Notes under the pieces: generated by a model | Database searches by the model: none | What the model was told of the DNA's origin: nothing | What the model saw: the letters and a program-made list of their open reading frames with translations, nothing else | Translations under genes and position numbers: made by a program | In this document: positions 28,905 to 38,507 of the stretch, in pieces | Layout: each line of letters starts with the position of its first letter | Position numbering within the stretch: position 1 is the stretch's first letter | Assembly: GCA_046594835.1 (NCBI GenBank) | Contig: JBKJQZ010000348.1 | Location: 1 to 42,835, forward strand | DNA from: Acidimicrobiales bacterium | Lineage (GTDB): Bacteria; Actinomycetota; Acidimicrobiia; Acidimicrobiales; JACCXE01 | Direction of reading: 5' to 3' | DNA length: 42,835 nucleotides

Positions 28905-30071
28905 TTAGACGCGGGTCCAGTCTTTCCACACCGGGTCGTAGCCCATGGAGCGGAGCGCAGCGGCGACCTCGGCGGGCGAGCGCGTATCGCTGATCTCGAA
29001 CTGCGGCTCGGCGTCGGATTCCGACGCGTAGCCGCCGGGTTCGGTGTGGGACCCGGCCGACAACGTGGTGACACCCAAGGGCACCAGCGCGTCGCGCAGG
29101 AACGCAGGCTCGCGGGTGGACAACGTGATGCCGGCGTCGGGGAGCGCGAGGCGCAGCGCGCAGATCAGCTGGGTGAACGAGCGGTCATCGACGGGATCGA
29201 CGACCGCAAAGTCACCCGCGGCGGGGCGCATGCGCGGCACCGCTATGGAAACCTCGGCGCGCCACCAGCGGTGGGTTAGCGCACGTGCGTGCGCGGCAAC
29301 CGCAAGCGCTTCGGCGCGCCAGTCGTCGTGCAGGCCGAGCAGTGCGCCGACGCCGAGTTTGCGCGCCCCTGCAGCCGCGGCGCGGTCGGGCGCGGCGAGG
29401 CGCCACTCGTAGTTGCGCTTCTTACCCAGCAGGTGGACCTCGGCGTACGTGCCGCGCTCGTAGGTCTCCTGGTACACGACTACGCCGTCGGCGCCCGCGT
29501 TGACCAGCCGGGCGTAGGTCGCCTCGTCCCATACCTGTACTTCGACCGACACGCTCGCCATAAACCCCGCAACGGCCTCGACGCACTCGACGAGGTAGTC
29601 CTTGCTCACGATGCGGGCGTGTTCCCCAGCGACAAGCAACACGTGACGGAACCCGCGCGACGCGAGCTCTTGCGCTTCGGCGACTACCTCGTCGACCGAG
29701 AGCGTGCGTCGTGCGACCTCGTTGCCCGCCGAGAACCCGCAGTAAGTGCACACCGACACGCACTCATTCGAGACGTACAGCGGTGCGAACAGCGTGCGGG
29801 CGCGGCCGAACCGCTGCAGTGTCGCGTCGCGCGCCGCCACCGCGAGCTCCTCGATCCGGTCCGTCGCTATAGGGGAGAGCAACGCCGCAAAGTCGGTGAG
29901 GTCGCGCTTACGGCCGCGGCCAAGCGCGCGATCGACATCTGCGTCGGTGGCAGCGTCGACGAACGCGCGTAACGCGATGCGTGCATCAGCGCCCGCGAGC
30001 CAGTCGGCGGCCGCAGAGTCGGCCGGTACCTCGCGCGGTCGAGACACAAGCTCGACGGCAGCGTTGCTCAC
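28905..30071 (-). CDS. thiH: 2-iminoacetate synthase (tyrosine lyase), radical SAM.
   Basis: Radical-SAM cluster motif [11 protein letters not shown]. Collinear with E. coli ThiH ([43 protein letters not shown]). GTGA overlap with thiG. Confidence 0.9.
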   Translation of the reverse strand: MSNAAVELVSRPREVPADSAAADWLAGADARIALRAFVDAATDADVDRALGRGRKRDLTDFAALLSPIATDRIEELAVAARDATLQRFGRARTLFAPLYVSNECVSVCTYCGFSAGNEVARRTLSVDEVVAEAQELASRGFRHVLLVAGEHARIVSKDYLVECVEAVAGFMASVSVEVQVWDEATYARLVNAGADGVVVYQETYERGTYAEVHLLGKKRNYEWRLAAPDRAAAAGARKLGVGALLGLHDDWRAEALAVAAHARALTHRWWRAEVSIAVPRMRPAAGDFAVVDPVDDRSFTQLICALRLALPDAGITLSTREPAFLRDALVPLGVTTLSAGSHTEPGGYASESDAEPQFEISDTRSPAEVAAALRSMGYDPVWKDWTRV

Positions 30072-30841
30072 GAGTCGAGGAATCCCGTGAGCGGCGAAGA
30101 CGCGTTGGCGGTGGTGCGCACACCGGCGAGCCCGGCGAGGTAGCCCGAACGTCCGGCGAACACGGCGTCTCGGAACGCCCGCGCCATCAACGCGGGATCA
30201 GCGGCGGTGCCGATGGCCGTATTGACCAACACGGCGTCCGCTCCGATCTCCATTGCCTCTGCGGCGTGGGACGGCGCCCCGAGACCGGCGTCGACCACAA
30301 CTGGCACGCGTGCCTGTTCGACGATGATCTCGATCGCACCGCGGGTCCGCAGGCCCTGATTCGAACCGATCCACGAACCGAGCGGCATCACCGTTGCGCA
30401 GCCTGCTTCTTCGAGGCGCTTGCACAGCACTGGATCAGCGTTGACGTAGGGCAGCACAGTGAAGCCCTCGGCCACCAATTTCTCCGCAGCAGCGAGGGTC
30501 TCCACGCCGTCGGGTAGCAGGTAACGAGGGTCGGGCGTCAGTTCGAGTTTGATCCAGTCGGGGAAGCCTGCGGCCCGCGCGAGCCGCGCGATCCTTAGGG
30601 CTTCGTCGGCGGTCATGGCGCCTGAGGTGTTTGTTAACAGCAACACGCTGGAGGGCAACGCGTCGACGATGTCGTGCTCCGCGGTCGGGTCGGCTCGGCG
30701 CATGGCGACGGTCACCATCTCGGATTCGGAGGCGACGATGGCGTCGTGGAGCGACGCATTCGACGGGAACTTGCCCGTCCCCAGGAACAGACGAGACCTG
30801 AACGTGCGGCCCGCAATCACGAGTGGGTCAGAAACGCTCAC
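30068..30841 (-). CDS. thiG: Thiazole synthase.
   Basis: Motifs [33 protein letters not shown] and [33 protein letters not shown] start at 30841. Confidence 0.92.
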   Translation of the reverse strand: MSVSDPLVIAGRTFRSRLFLGTGKFPSNASLHDAIVASESEMVTVAMRRADPTAEHDIVDALPSSVLLLTNTSGAMTADEALRIARLARAAGFPDWIKLELTPDPRYLLPDGVETLAAAEKLVAEGFTVLPYVNADPVLCKRLEEAGCATVMPLGSWIGSNQGLRTRGAIEIIVEQARVPVVVDAGLGAPSHAAEAMEIGADAVLVNTAIGTAADPALMARAFRDAVFAGRSGYLAGLAGVRTTANASSPLTGFLDS

Positions 30842-30859
30842 ACGGCGTACGTTACTGGC

Positions 30860-30952
30860 GTGCCTACCCGGGTCCTCATTGCTTTAGCGCTGTTGTGCGG
30901 CGTGCTGATCGTGGTGGCGTTCACAATTCAAACCGTCCTCGCCACCCGGTAA
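30860..30952 (+). CDS. Possible 30-aa single-TM micro-protein upstream of lpdA (speculative).
   Basis: A GTG-initiated frame encodes [30 protein letters not shown], a clean hydrophobic helix. No Shine-Dalgarno sequence was seen. It lies in the thiG/lpdA divergent spacer. Confidence 0.2.
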   Translation: MPTRVLIALALLCGVLIVVAFTIQTVLATR

Positions 30953-30998
30953 TCCTGACGGATTAAAGGACCTCTCTACACCTAGGTAGGCTCGGCGC

Positions 30999-32423
30999 GT
31001 GGCTGAACAGTTCGACGTAGTCGTGATTGGCGGGGGCCCGGCGGGATATGCGGCGGCGCTTTATGGCGCATCTGCGGGCCTGCACGTCGCCTTGGTAGAG
31101 AAGGACAAGGTCGGCGGGACCTGTCTGCACCGGGGCTGCATTCCGGCGAAGGAGTACCTCGAGACCGCCACCGTGTACCGAACGGTCAGTCACGCCAAGG
31201 ACTTCGGAATCGTGTCGGACCAGCCGACGGTTGAGTTCGCGACCAGTCAGGCGCGCAAGCAGAAGGTGGTCGACGGGCTGTGGAAGGGCCTTGCCGGGCT
31301 CATGAAGCAGCGCAAGATCACCACCTACATAGGCACCGGCCGCCTCGACGCTGATGGCATCGTGCGCGTCAGCGGCGGCGAGTCTGACGGCGCCGAACTC
31401 CAGGGCGCCAACGTGTTGCTGGCCGCGGGCTCCGTGCCCCGATCGCTCCCGGGTTTCGATGTCGACGGTAGGTACGTCCTCACGTCGGACGAAGTGCTCA
31501 TGCTCGACACGCTGCCGCGCTCGGCGGTCGTGGTCGGCGGCGGCGCGATCGGCTGCGAGTTCGCGAGTGCGCTGAGCGATCTCGGTTCCCAGGTCACCGT
31601 GCTCGAGTTCCTGCCCCAGATCCTGGCTGGCTGCGACAAGGACACCGCCGACGTGGTGGCCCGTTCGTTCAAGAAGCGCGGCATCGACGTCCGCACCGGC
31701 GTCGAGGTCAAGGGCCACACGCCCACAGCCGATGGTTCCCAAACCACCATCGCCTACGGCGACAACGAAACCGTTACCGCCGATCTTGTGGTGATGTCGG
31801 TCGGTCGCCGTCCGCTCACCGACAACCTGCTCGGTGAAGGCAGCGCAGTAGCGCTCGACGAGCGCGGCTTCATCAAAGTCGACCCGTGGATGCGCACCAA
31901 CGTGCCCAACGTCTACGCGCTCGGCGATCTCATCGCGGTCGACGGGCTACGCGTGCACCCGCAGCTCGCGCACGTGGGCTTCGCCGAGGGCATGCTCGTC
32001 ATCAAGGCGATCCTCGGTGAACCGGCCATGCCGATCGACTACGCCAAGGTGCCCTGGTGCATTTACACCTACCCCGAAGTCGCCTTCGTCGGTTACACCG
32101 AACAGGCGGCCAAGGACGCGGGCATCGACATTGTCGTCTCGAAGCACCGCTTCGCCGGTAACGGACGCGCGTTGATCATCGGTGACTCCGATGGCCTCGT
32201 GAAGGTCATTGCCGAGAAGGACGCCAACGGCAAGGCCGGCACGATCATTGGTGTGCACATGGCCGGGCCCTGGGTCACTGAGCAACTGGGTCAGGGCTAT
32301 CTCGCCGTGAACTGGGAAGCCACCGTCGACGACGTGAGCGCATTCATTCAACCCCACCCGAGCCTCTCTGAGCTGTTCGGCGAAACGGTGATCGCACTCA
32401 CCGGAAGAGGACTCCATGGCTGA
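30999..32423 (+). CDS. lpdA: Dihydrolipoyl dehydrogenase (E3).
   Basis: VVVIGGGPAGYAAALYGA FAD motif, redox-active GGTCLHRGCIPAKE, a second Rossmann motif VVVGGGAIGCEFA, and the C-terminal HPSLSE interface motif. GTG start with AGGTAGG upstream. Confidence 0.93.
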   Translation: MAEQFDVVVIGGGPAGYAAALYGASAGLHVALVEKDKVGGTCLHRGCIPAKEYLETATVYRTVSHAKDFGIVSDQPTVEFATSQARKQKVVDGLWKGLAGLMKQRKITTYIGTGRLDADGIVRVSGGESDGAELQGANVLLAAGSVPRSLPGFDVDGRYVLTSDEVLMLDTLPRSAVVVGGGAIGCEFASALSDLGSQVTVLEFLPQILAGCDKDTADVVARSFKKRGIDVRTGVEVKGHTPTADGSQTTIAYGDNETVTADLVVMSVGRRPLTDNLLGEGSAVALDERGFIKVDPWMRTNVPNVYALGDLIAVDGLRVHPQLAHVGFAEGMLVIKAILGEPAMPIDYAKVPWCIYTYPEVAFVGYTEQAAKDAGIDIVVSKHRFAGNGRALIIGDSDGLVKVIAEKDANGKAGTIIGVHMAGPWVTEQLGQGYLAVNWEATVDDVSAFIQPHPSLSELFGETVIALTGRGLHG

Positions 32424-33876
32424 TATCACGATGCCGCAACTCGGCGAAACCGTTACCGAGGGCACCATCACCCGCTGGGCGAAGCAGGTCGGCGACACCG
32501 TCAAGGAAGACGAGATTCTCTTCGAGGTCTCGACCGACAAGGTCGACTCCGAGGTGCCCTCGCCCGTGAGCGGCGTGATCACCTCGATCGTTGTGCCCGA
32601 GGGCGACACCGTGCCGGTTGGCGCCGTGCTCGCCACGGTTGGCGACGCGGCTGATGGCGCGGCTCCCGTTCCCGCCGCAGACGCGCCTGCGCCGGCGCCC
32701 GAACCGGCACCCGAACCGGCACCCGAGGCTCCAGCCGTCGCGGCGCCTGCGCCTGCGCCTGCACCCGCACCGGTCGCGGAAACTCCACCTCCCGCCCCCG
32801 CGCAAGCACCGGACCCTGCTCCCGCAACGGCTGCGGCGCCTGTACCCGCGGCGTCGCAAAACGGCGGACCGGCGAACGTGTTGTCGCCTGTGGTGCGCAA
32901 GTTGCTATCGGAGAACGACCTCGACCCGTCGACCATCCAAGGGACGGGCGCAGGCGGCCGCATCACACGAAACGACGTGCTGGCCGCGCTCGACCAGCGC
33001 GCCGCCGGCGGCGCTCCCGCCACACCGGCAGCCGCGCCAGCACCAGCAGCCGCGCCAGCACCAGCACCAGCAGCCGCGCCAGCACCGGCAGCCGCGCCAG
33101 CACCGGCACCGGCCGCTCCGTCGGCCGCCGCGCCGGCCGCGCCTGCGCCCCGCGCGGGCGAGCGCGACACATCGATCCCGTTCTCGAACATTCGGCGCCG
33201 TACCGCTGAGCACATGGTGCGTTCGCTCGCCACATCCGCACACACGCTCGTGGTGATCGAGGTCGACTACGAGAACGTCGAAATCGTCCGCTCAGCCCAC
33301 AAGAAGGCGTTCAAGGAGCAGGAGGGCGCGAGCCTCACGTACCTGCCCTTCATCGCCCGTGCGGTTGTAGACGCGATCCGCGAGTTCCCGCACGTCAACG
33401 CCACTGTGGGCGACGGCGAGTTGATCGTGCACAACTACGTCAACCTCGGCGTGGCGGTGGACCTCAACTTCGAAGGCCTCATCGTGCCGGTCGTGCACGA
33501 CGCCGACACCAAGCGCCTTCGTGCGCTCGCCCGTGAGGTCGGCGATCTCGCTGGCCGCGCCAAGGCCAAGAAGCTCGGCGCCGACGACATCAGTGGGGGC
33601 ACCTTCACGATCACCAACGCGGGCGGATACGGCACGCTCATCACCGGGCCAATCATCAACCAGCCCCAGGTCGCGATCCTGTCGACGGACGGCGTCAAGC
33701 CCCAGCCCGTCGCTGTGCCCCTGCCCGGTGGCGGCTACGCCATCGCCGTGCACCACGTGGGCAACCTCGCGATCTCCTTTGATCACCGCGCCTACGACGG
33801 CGCCTACGCCGCCGCCTTCCTCGCCCGTATCCGCGAGATCATCGAGACCCGTGACTGGGATGCGGAACTCACTTAA
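32416..33876 (+). CDS. Dihydrolipoamide acyltransferase (E2) of a 2-oxoacid dehydrogenase complex. One lipoyl domain, a peripheral-subunit-binding domain and a catalytic domain.
   Basis: Lipoyl-lysine motif EVSTDKVDSEVPSP, PSBD SPVVRKLLSENDLDPSTIQGTGAGGRITRNDV, catalytic DHRAYDG, and Ala/Pro linkers. Overlaps lpdA by 8 nt. Confidence 0.9.
   Translation: MADITMPQLGETVTEGTITRWAKQVGDTVKEDEILFEVSTDKVDSEVPSPVSGVITSIVVPEGDTVPVGAVLATVGDAADGAAPVPAADAPAPAPEPAPEPAPEAPAVAAPAPAPAPAPVAETPPPAPAQAPDPAPATAAAPVPAASQNGGPANVLSPVVRKLLSENDLDPSTIQGTGAGGRITRNDVLAALDQRAAGGAPATPAAAPAPAAAPAPAPAAAPAPAAAPAPAPAAPSAAAPAAPAPRAGERDTSIPFSNIRRRTAEHMVRSLATSAHTLVVIEVDYENVEIVRSAHKKAFKEQEGASLTYLPFIARAVVDAIREFPHVNATVGDGELIVHNYVNLGVAVDLNFEGLIVPVVHDADTKRLRALAREVGDLAGRAKAKKLGADDISGGTFTITNAGGYGTLITGPIINQPQVAILSTDGVKPQPVAVPLPGGGYAIAVHHVGNLAISFDHRAYDGAYAAAFLARIREIIETRDWDAELT
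33028..33114 (+). repeat. In-frame tandem repeat (unit about 18 nt, GCAGCCGCGCCAGCACCR, encoding AAAPAP) in the second E2 linker.
   Basis: Four near-identical units with extra GCACCR hexamers, read directly from nt 33028-33114. Confidence 0.8.
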
Positions 33877-35487
33877 ATGCGGGTTCGCTGGCTCGGTCGG
33901 GTTGCGTATCGGGAGGCGCACGCGCTGATGCGCGCCATGTGGGAACGCGCGGACGACGACGCGCTCCTGCTCGTCGAGCACCCTCCGACCTACACGCTCG
34001 GTGCCCGCACGGACCCGGCGAACCTGCTCGTATCGCCCGAAACGGTGGGCGCGGCGTGTGTACGGACCGACCGCGGTGGCGACGTCACCTTCCACGGCCC
34101 AGGTCAGCTGGTGGGCTACCCGGTCATGAACGTGGCCATGGGGACCGACGCGATTCCGAACCACGTGCACTGGATCGAGCAACTCGTGATCGACGCGTTG
34201 CACGAACTCGGCCTGCCGAGCGCGTCGCGCTTGGACGGCTACCCAGGCGTGTGGCTCGACGTCGACACCGCACCACGCAAGATCGCGGCGATCGGCGTGC
34301 GCGTGAGTCGCGGGCGGAGCATGCACGGTTTCGCCCTCAACGTCACTACCGATCTCGCGTGGTTCGATCACATCGTCCCGTGTGGCATTGCGGAATTCCC
34401 GGTCACTTCGCTGGAACGCGAAGGCGTCGCCGCGTCGCTCGAACACGTCGCGGACGTGGTCGCCCGGCTGGTCGGGCCGACGGACCGCGCTGATGTGGCT
34501 TGGGTGCACCGGCCCGAGGATCTGTCGGCGTTCAGTCGCTCCCACGCCGAAGGCACCAGCGCCCCGGTGCGTTTGCTGGGCCGCCTCAACGCCGCAGGCG
34601 TGGACACGTCAACCTCGGTGTCGCTTGATCAACGCAAGCCCGAATGGCTGCGCGTGAAGGCCGACTTCAGTCCCGAGTACCGCGCCCTCAAGCAGACGAT
34701 GCGTTCCAACGGGCTCGTCACCGTGTGCGAAGAGGCGGGCTGTCCGAATATCTACGACTGCTGGAACGACGGCACGGCCACGTTCATGATCAACGGGTCA
34801 CGGTGCACGCGTGCGTGCGGCTTCTGTCTGGTCGACACCCGCAAGCCCGGGCCGCTCGACGCGGCTGAGCCGGCCCGGGTGGCGGCGGCGGTGGTCGAGC
34901 TCGGCCTCAAGCACGTGGTGATCACGACCGTCGCCCGCGACGATCTCGCCGACGGCGGATCAGCCGCGTTCGCCGAGACCGTGGACGCCATTCGCGCCGT
35001 TGCGCCCGACGCCTCGGTCGAACTGCTGATCTCGGACTGCAAAGGCGACGAAGTCTCGCTCGGCACGATCTTTGCGGCGCGGCCCGACGTGTTGAACCAC
35101 AACCTCGAGACCGTCGCACGCCTGCAGCGCGCCGTGCGCCCGTCGGCGGGGTACGCGCGCAGCCTCGCCGTGCTCGCCCGAGCGAAGGACGCGGGACTTA
35201 CCACCAAGTCCGGCCTCATGGTCGGCCTCGGCGAAACGCCCGCTGAGGTGCTGAGCGCACTCCGCGACCTGCGGTCGGTTGGGGTCGATATCGCGACGAT
35301 TGGTCAGTACCTCCGGCCCACCGGCCACCACCTGCCAGTAGCTCGGTGGTGGACGCCCGCAGAGTTCGCGTCGCTCAAGACCGAGGCTGAATTGCTTGGG
35401 TTCGCGCACGTTGAGTGCTCGCCGCTAACCCGGTCGAGTTACCACGCGCGCACCGCCGCTGATGCGACAATGGCATCGAGTCGGTAG
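33877..35487 (+). CDS. lipB/lipA: Fused octanoyltransferase (LipB) and lipoyl synthase (LipA).
   Basis: Residues 1 to about 215 are LipB (LLLVEHPPTYTLG, RGGDVTFHGPGQLVGYP, KIAAIGVRVSRGRSMHGFALN, VPCGI). Residues from about 230 to 536 are LipA (RKPEWLRVK, VCEEAGCPNIYDCW, CTRACGFC radical-SAM motif, SGLMVGLGE, TIGQYLRP). There is no in-frame stop between them. The ATG directly abuts the E2 stop (TAAATG). Confidence 0.85.
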   Translation: MRVRWLGRVAYREAHALMRAMWERADDDALLLVEHPPTYTLGARTDPANLLVSPETVGAACVRTDRGGDVTFHGPGQLVGYPVMNVAMGTDAIPNHVHWIEQLVIDALHELGLPSASRLDGYPGVWLDVDTAPRKIAAIGVRVSRGRSMHGFALNVTTDLAWFDHIVPCGIAEFPVTSLEREGVAASLEHVADVVARLVGPTDRADVAWVHRPEDLSAFSRSHAEGTSAPVRLLGRLNAAGVDTSTSVSLDQRKPEWLRVKADFSPEYRALKQTMRSNGLVTVCEEAGCPNIYDCWNDGTATFMINGSRCTRACGFCLVDTRKPGPLDAAEPARVAAAVVELGLKHVVITTVARDDLADGGSAAFAETVDAIRAVAPDASVELLISDCKGDEVSLGTIFAARPDVLNHNLETVARLQRAVRPSAGYARSLAVLARAKDAGLTTKSGLMVGLGETPAEVLSALRDLRSVGVDIATIGQYLRPTGHHLPVARWWTPAEFASLKTEAELLGFAHVECSPLTRSSYHARTAADATMASSR

Positions 35488-35489
35488 CG

Positions 35490-36602
35490 TTGGCTTCGGT
35501 GCAAAACGACGCGGGGGCCTTTCACGATCGCTTGGCGCGTGTGCGTCATCGCATGGCCGACATGGCCATCGACGCCATGTTGCTATCGGTGGGCGCCGAC
35601 CTGCCGTGGCTGTGCGGCTACGAAGCGATGCCGCTCGAGCGTCTAACGATGCTCGTGGTGCCCGCGAAAGAAGAGCCGACGCTGCTCGTCCCGCGCTTGG
35701 AGGCGCCGCGCGTCGACGAGCGACCCGACCTGTTCACGCTCCAGGTGTGGAACGAGACAGACAACCCCATAGCGATCGTGGCGGGACTGATCGGCTCGCG
35801 CATCACGATGGCGATCGGCGATCACACGTGGTCGCGGTTCCTGCTCGCGCTACAAGATGAAGTCCCGGCGCGTCGTTGGTTGCCGGCGTCGATGATCACT
35901 GGCCCTCTGCGCGCCGCGAAGGATCCCGCCGAGATCGATTGCCTCCAGCGCGCCGCCGCAGCCGCGGACCGCGTGGCCGGAGCGATTCACGCTGGTGAGA
36001 TCCCCCTCGTGGGGCGCAGCGAAGCTGAGGTCGCGGGCGACATCGGCCGGCGGCTCATCTCCGAGGGCCACGACAAGGTTGCGTTCGTGATCGTCGCGTC
36101 GGGCCCGAACTCGGCGTCGCCGCACCACGAACCGGGTGATCGCGTGATCGGTCGCGACGAGATGGTCGTGTGTGATTTCGGCGGCGTGCTCGACGGTTAT
36201 TGCTCCGACATCACCCGCACGGTCGTCACGGGCGAGCCGTCGCCCGAGATGCAGGAGATGTATGCGGTGATCGCCGAGGCGCAGGCCGCCGGTGTGAGCG
36301 CGGCGACGGTCGGCACTGCGTGTTCTGAGGTCGATAGCGCGGCGCGTGACGTCATCGCTGATGCTGGTTTCGGCGAGTTTTTCCCGCACCGCACCGGACA
36401 CGGAATTGGGCGCGACGTGCACGAGGAGCCGTATCTGGTGGACGGCAACAAGACGCCGCTCGAGGTGGGCAACGCCTTCTCCGTCGAGCCAGGCATCTAC
36501 TTGCCGGGCCGCTTCGGTGCGCGGCTCGAAGACATCGTGGTCGCCACTGAGGACGGCCCGATGGCGTTAAACGGGGCTGACCACAGCCTCGTCGTGGTTT
36601 GA
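35490..36602 (+). CDS. M24B family Xaa-Pro aminopeptidase/dipeptidase.
   Basis: Creatinase-like N-domain followed by the pita-bread metal ligands (VCDFGGVLDGYCSDITRT, HRTGHGIGRDVHEEP, VEPGIY, ARLEDIV). TTG 35490 or GTG 35499 start, 2 nt after the lipBA stop. Confidence 0.85.
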   Translation: MASVQNDAGAFHDRLARVRHRMADMAIDAMLLSVGADLPWLCGYEAMPLERLTMLVVPAKEEPTLLVPRLEAPRVDERPDLFTLQVWNETDNPIAIVAGLIGSRITMAIGDHTWSRFLLALQDEVPARRWLPASMITGPLRAAKDPAEIDCLQRAAAAADRVAGAIHAGEIPLVGRSEAEVAGDIGRRLISEGHDKVAFVIVASGPNSASPHHEPGDRVIGRDEMVVCDFGGVLDGYCSDITRTVVTGEPSPEMQEMYAVIAEAQAAGVSAATVGTACSEVDSAARDVIADAGFGEFFPHRTGHGIGRDVHEEPYLVDGNKTPLEVGNAFSVEPGIYLPGRFGARLEDIVVATEDGPMALNGADHSLVVV

Positions 36603-37477
36603 TCCGGCTCGACGCCGCCACAGTCCTTCTGCAGTGGGCCGTCGGGGGCCTAGCCTTTACGTGGGTCACCACCCGCGGTCGCTTGCTTGGCATTGGCTAC
36701 GGCTGGCTGATGCGGGCGATATTCATGTCCTTCGCCGCCGGATCGCTCGCGGCCGGCCTCGCGCTCGACACGGTGCCGGCGCGCGAGGCGTCGTCCGCTG
36801 GGTTGATCGTGGCGACGGGCGTCGCGCTTGTGGTGTCGATCGTGCGGCGCAAAGCCGGTGTTGGCGCGGCCCGCGAACTCTCCGCAGCCCGTCACGAACG
36901 CGTCGCCGCGATGATCCAACCCGGCTCGTTGGAGGCAGCGGTCGACGGAGCCGACGCGCCGGTCGGCCCCGAGTTCCCCCCGATCCTCGACCTCATTCCC
37001 GCACTGATCGGCCTGGTTGGCCTCGTTGCGGGTGGAATGGCCGACGCACACGGCGGCGGCGGCACGGCGGTGGTCTCGGTCGCTCGCATCGTGGTGGGCG
37101 CGGCGTTCCTGGGGTCGGTGACCGACGCAATGCTGCTGGGCCACTGGTATTTGGTGCAGCCGGGCCTGCCCCGTGCACCCCTGTTTGAGCTCAACGCATG
37201 GATCGCACGCATCTGGCCGCTCGAGGTGATCCTGCTGCTGATCCCTACCGGGATGGTGTCGGTCTTCAACGGAACTATCGACGACGGCTACGGCGGCATG
37301 CTCGGCTGGTTCTGGATTGCCTGCGCGATCGCCACGATCATGCTCTGCGCGGTCACCAACGCGGCGCTAAAGGAGCGTTCCTACAGCGCCGTGATGGCCG
37401 CAACCGGTCTGCTTTATCTCGCAATTTTGACGGGATTTGGCACCGATCTGGTCGCCCGCGCCGTACTGAGTACGTGA
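36599..37477 (+). CDS. Integral membrane protein of unknown function (about 8 predicted TM helices).
   Basis: Alternating hydrophobic helices (VLLQWAVGGLAFTWV, WLMRAIFMSFAAGSLAAGLAL, ILDLIPALIGLVGLVAGG, AAFLGSVTDAMLLGHWYLV, MLGWFWIACAIATIMLCAV ...). The TTG start overlaps the peptidase stop (TTGA). No family recognised. Confidence 0.55.
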   Translation: MIRLDAATVLLQWAVGGLAFTWVTTRGRLLGIGYGWLMRAIFMSFAAGSLAAGLALDTVPAREASSAGLIVATGVALVVSIVRRKAGVGAARELSAARHERVAAMIQPGSLEAAVDGADAPVGPEFPPILDLIPALIGLVGLVAGGMADAHGGGGTAVVSVARIVVGAAFLGSVTDAMLLGHWYLVQPGLPRAPLFELNAWIARIWPLEVILLLIPTGMVSVFNGTIDDGYGGMLGWFWIACAIATIMLCAVTNAALKERSYSAVMAATGLLYLAILTGFGTDLVARAVLST

Positions 37478-37520
37478 GAAAGGTTGTAACGCCGCGGGTC
37501 ATTGGGGGTACTGCTCTCCG

Positions 37521-38507
37521 ATGTCACAGCCCTTGCGTACATTGCTCATGATGCGGATTGAGGTTTTCCTCGACGAGACCGCAGCTACCGACGCGCTCCG
37601 GCACGAGCTTGTGGAGGGACTCTCCGCTGCCAACAAGACGCTGTCACCCACGTGGCTCTACGACGCGCGCGGCTGCGAACTGTACGACGACATCACGCGT
37701 CTCGAGGAGTACTACCCGTTCCGGGCGGAACGTTCGATCTTGCGCGACCACAGCAAAGACATCGTCGGCCTTGCCTATCCCAACACGCTGATCGAGCTGG
37801 GCTCGGGCACGTCGGAGAAAACGCGCTTCCTGCTCGACGCCATGGCGATGCCCGCGACCTACGTGCCCTTCGACGTCGCCGAGGCCACCTTGCGCGACGC
37901 CGCGGAAGCATTGCTCTCGGAGTACCCCGGTCTCGACGTGCACGGCATCGTCGGTGACTTCCATAACGACCTCGTCCACCTGCCTCAGGCGGGCACGCAA
38001 CTGATCGCTCTCCTCGGCGGCACGATCGGGAACTTCGCCCCCGACCAGCGCGCCAGCCTGCTCGCCACGCTGCGCGCCGGCATGAAAGACGGCGACACGT
38101 TCTTGCTCGGCACCGACCTGCAGAAAGACCGTGACCGCCTCGTCGCTGCCTACGACGACGCTGCGGGTGTCACTGCCGCCTTCAACCTCAACGTGTTGAC
38201 GCGGCTAAACCGGGAGCTCGGCGCCAACTTCGACGTCGACCTGTTCCGTCATGTAGCGCTCTACAACGAGGACGAGAACTGGATCGAGATGCGGCTGGTG
38301 TCGCTCACCGCGCAGCAGGTGCGCATCGACGCGCTCGACCTCGAGGTCAGCTTTACCGAGGGCGAATCGGTCCGCACCGAGATCAGTGCGAAGTTCACGC
38401 CAGCGGGGATCAATCAGGAGCTGATGGGCGCGGGTCTGAAGGTGCTCGACCAATGGACCGATGATGAGGGAGACTTCTTGTTGAGCCTCGCAGGAGTCAA
38501 CCCATGA
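37521..38507 (+). CDS. egtD: L-histidine N-alpha-methyltransferase (ergothioneine biosynthesis).
   Basis: Collinear with mycobacterial EgtD ([71 protein letters not shown]...[19 protein letters not shown]). The start could also be at the ATG pair near 37548. Confidence 0.9.
   Translation: MSQPLRTLLMMRIEVFLDETAATDALRHELVEGLSAANKTLSPTWLYDARGCELYDDITRLEEYYPFRAERSILRDHSKDIVGLAYPNTLIELGSGTSEKTRFLLDAMAMPATYVPFDVAEATLRDAAEALLSEYPGLDVHGIVGDFHNDLVHLPQAGTQLIALLGGTIGNFAPDQRASLLATLRAGMKDGDTFLLGTDLQKDRDRLVAAYDDAAGVTAAFNLNVLTRLNRELGANFDVDLFRHVALYNEDENWIEMRLVSLTAQQVRIDALDLEVSFTEGESVRTEISAKFTPAGINQELMGAGLKVLDQWTDDEGDFLLSLAGVNP

Noticed and set aside
30842-30998. Possible TPP (THI-box) riboswitch in the thiG leader.
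   Set aside because: Reading both strands, I could not find the conserved CUGAGA / ACCCU / CCUGAUCNGGNUAAU / GCG.AGGGA core. The + strand segment AUCCUGACGGAUUAAAGGA only superficially resembles the P4-P5 region. An Infernal search is needed for certainty.
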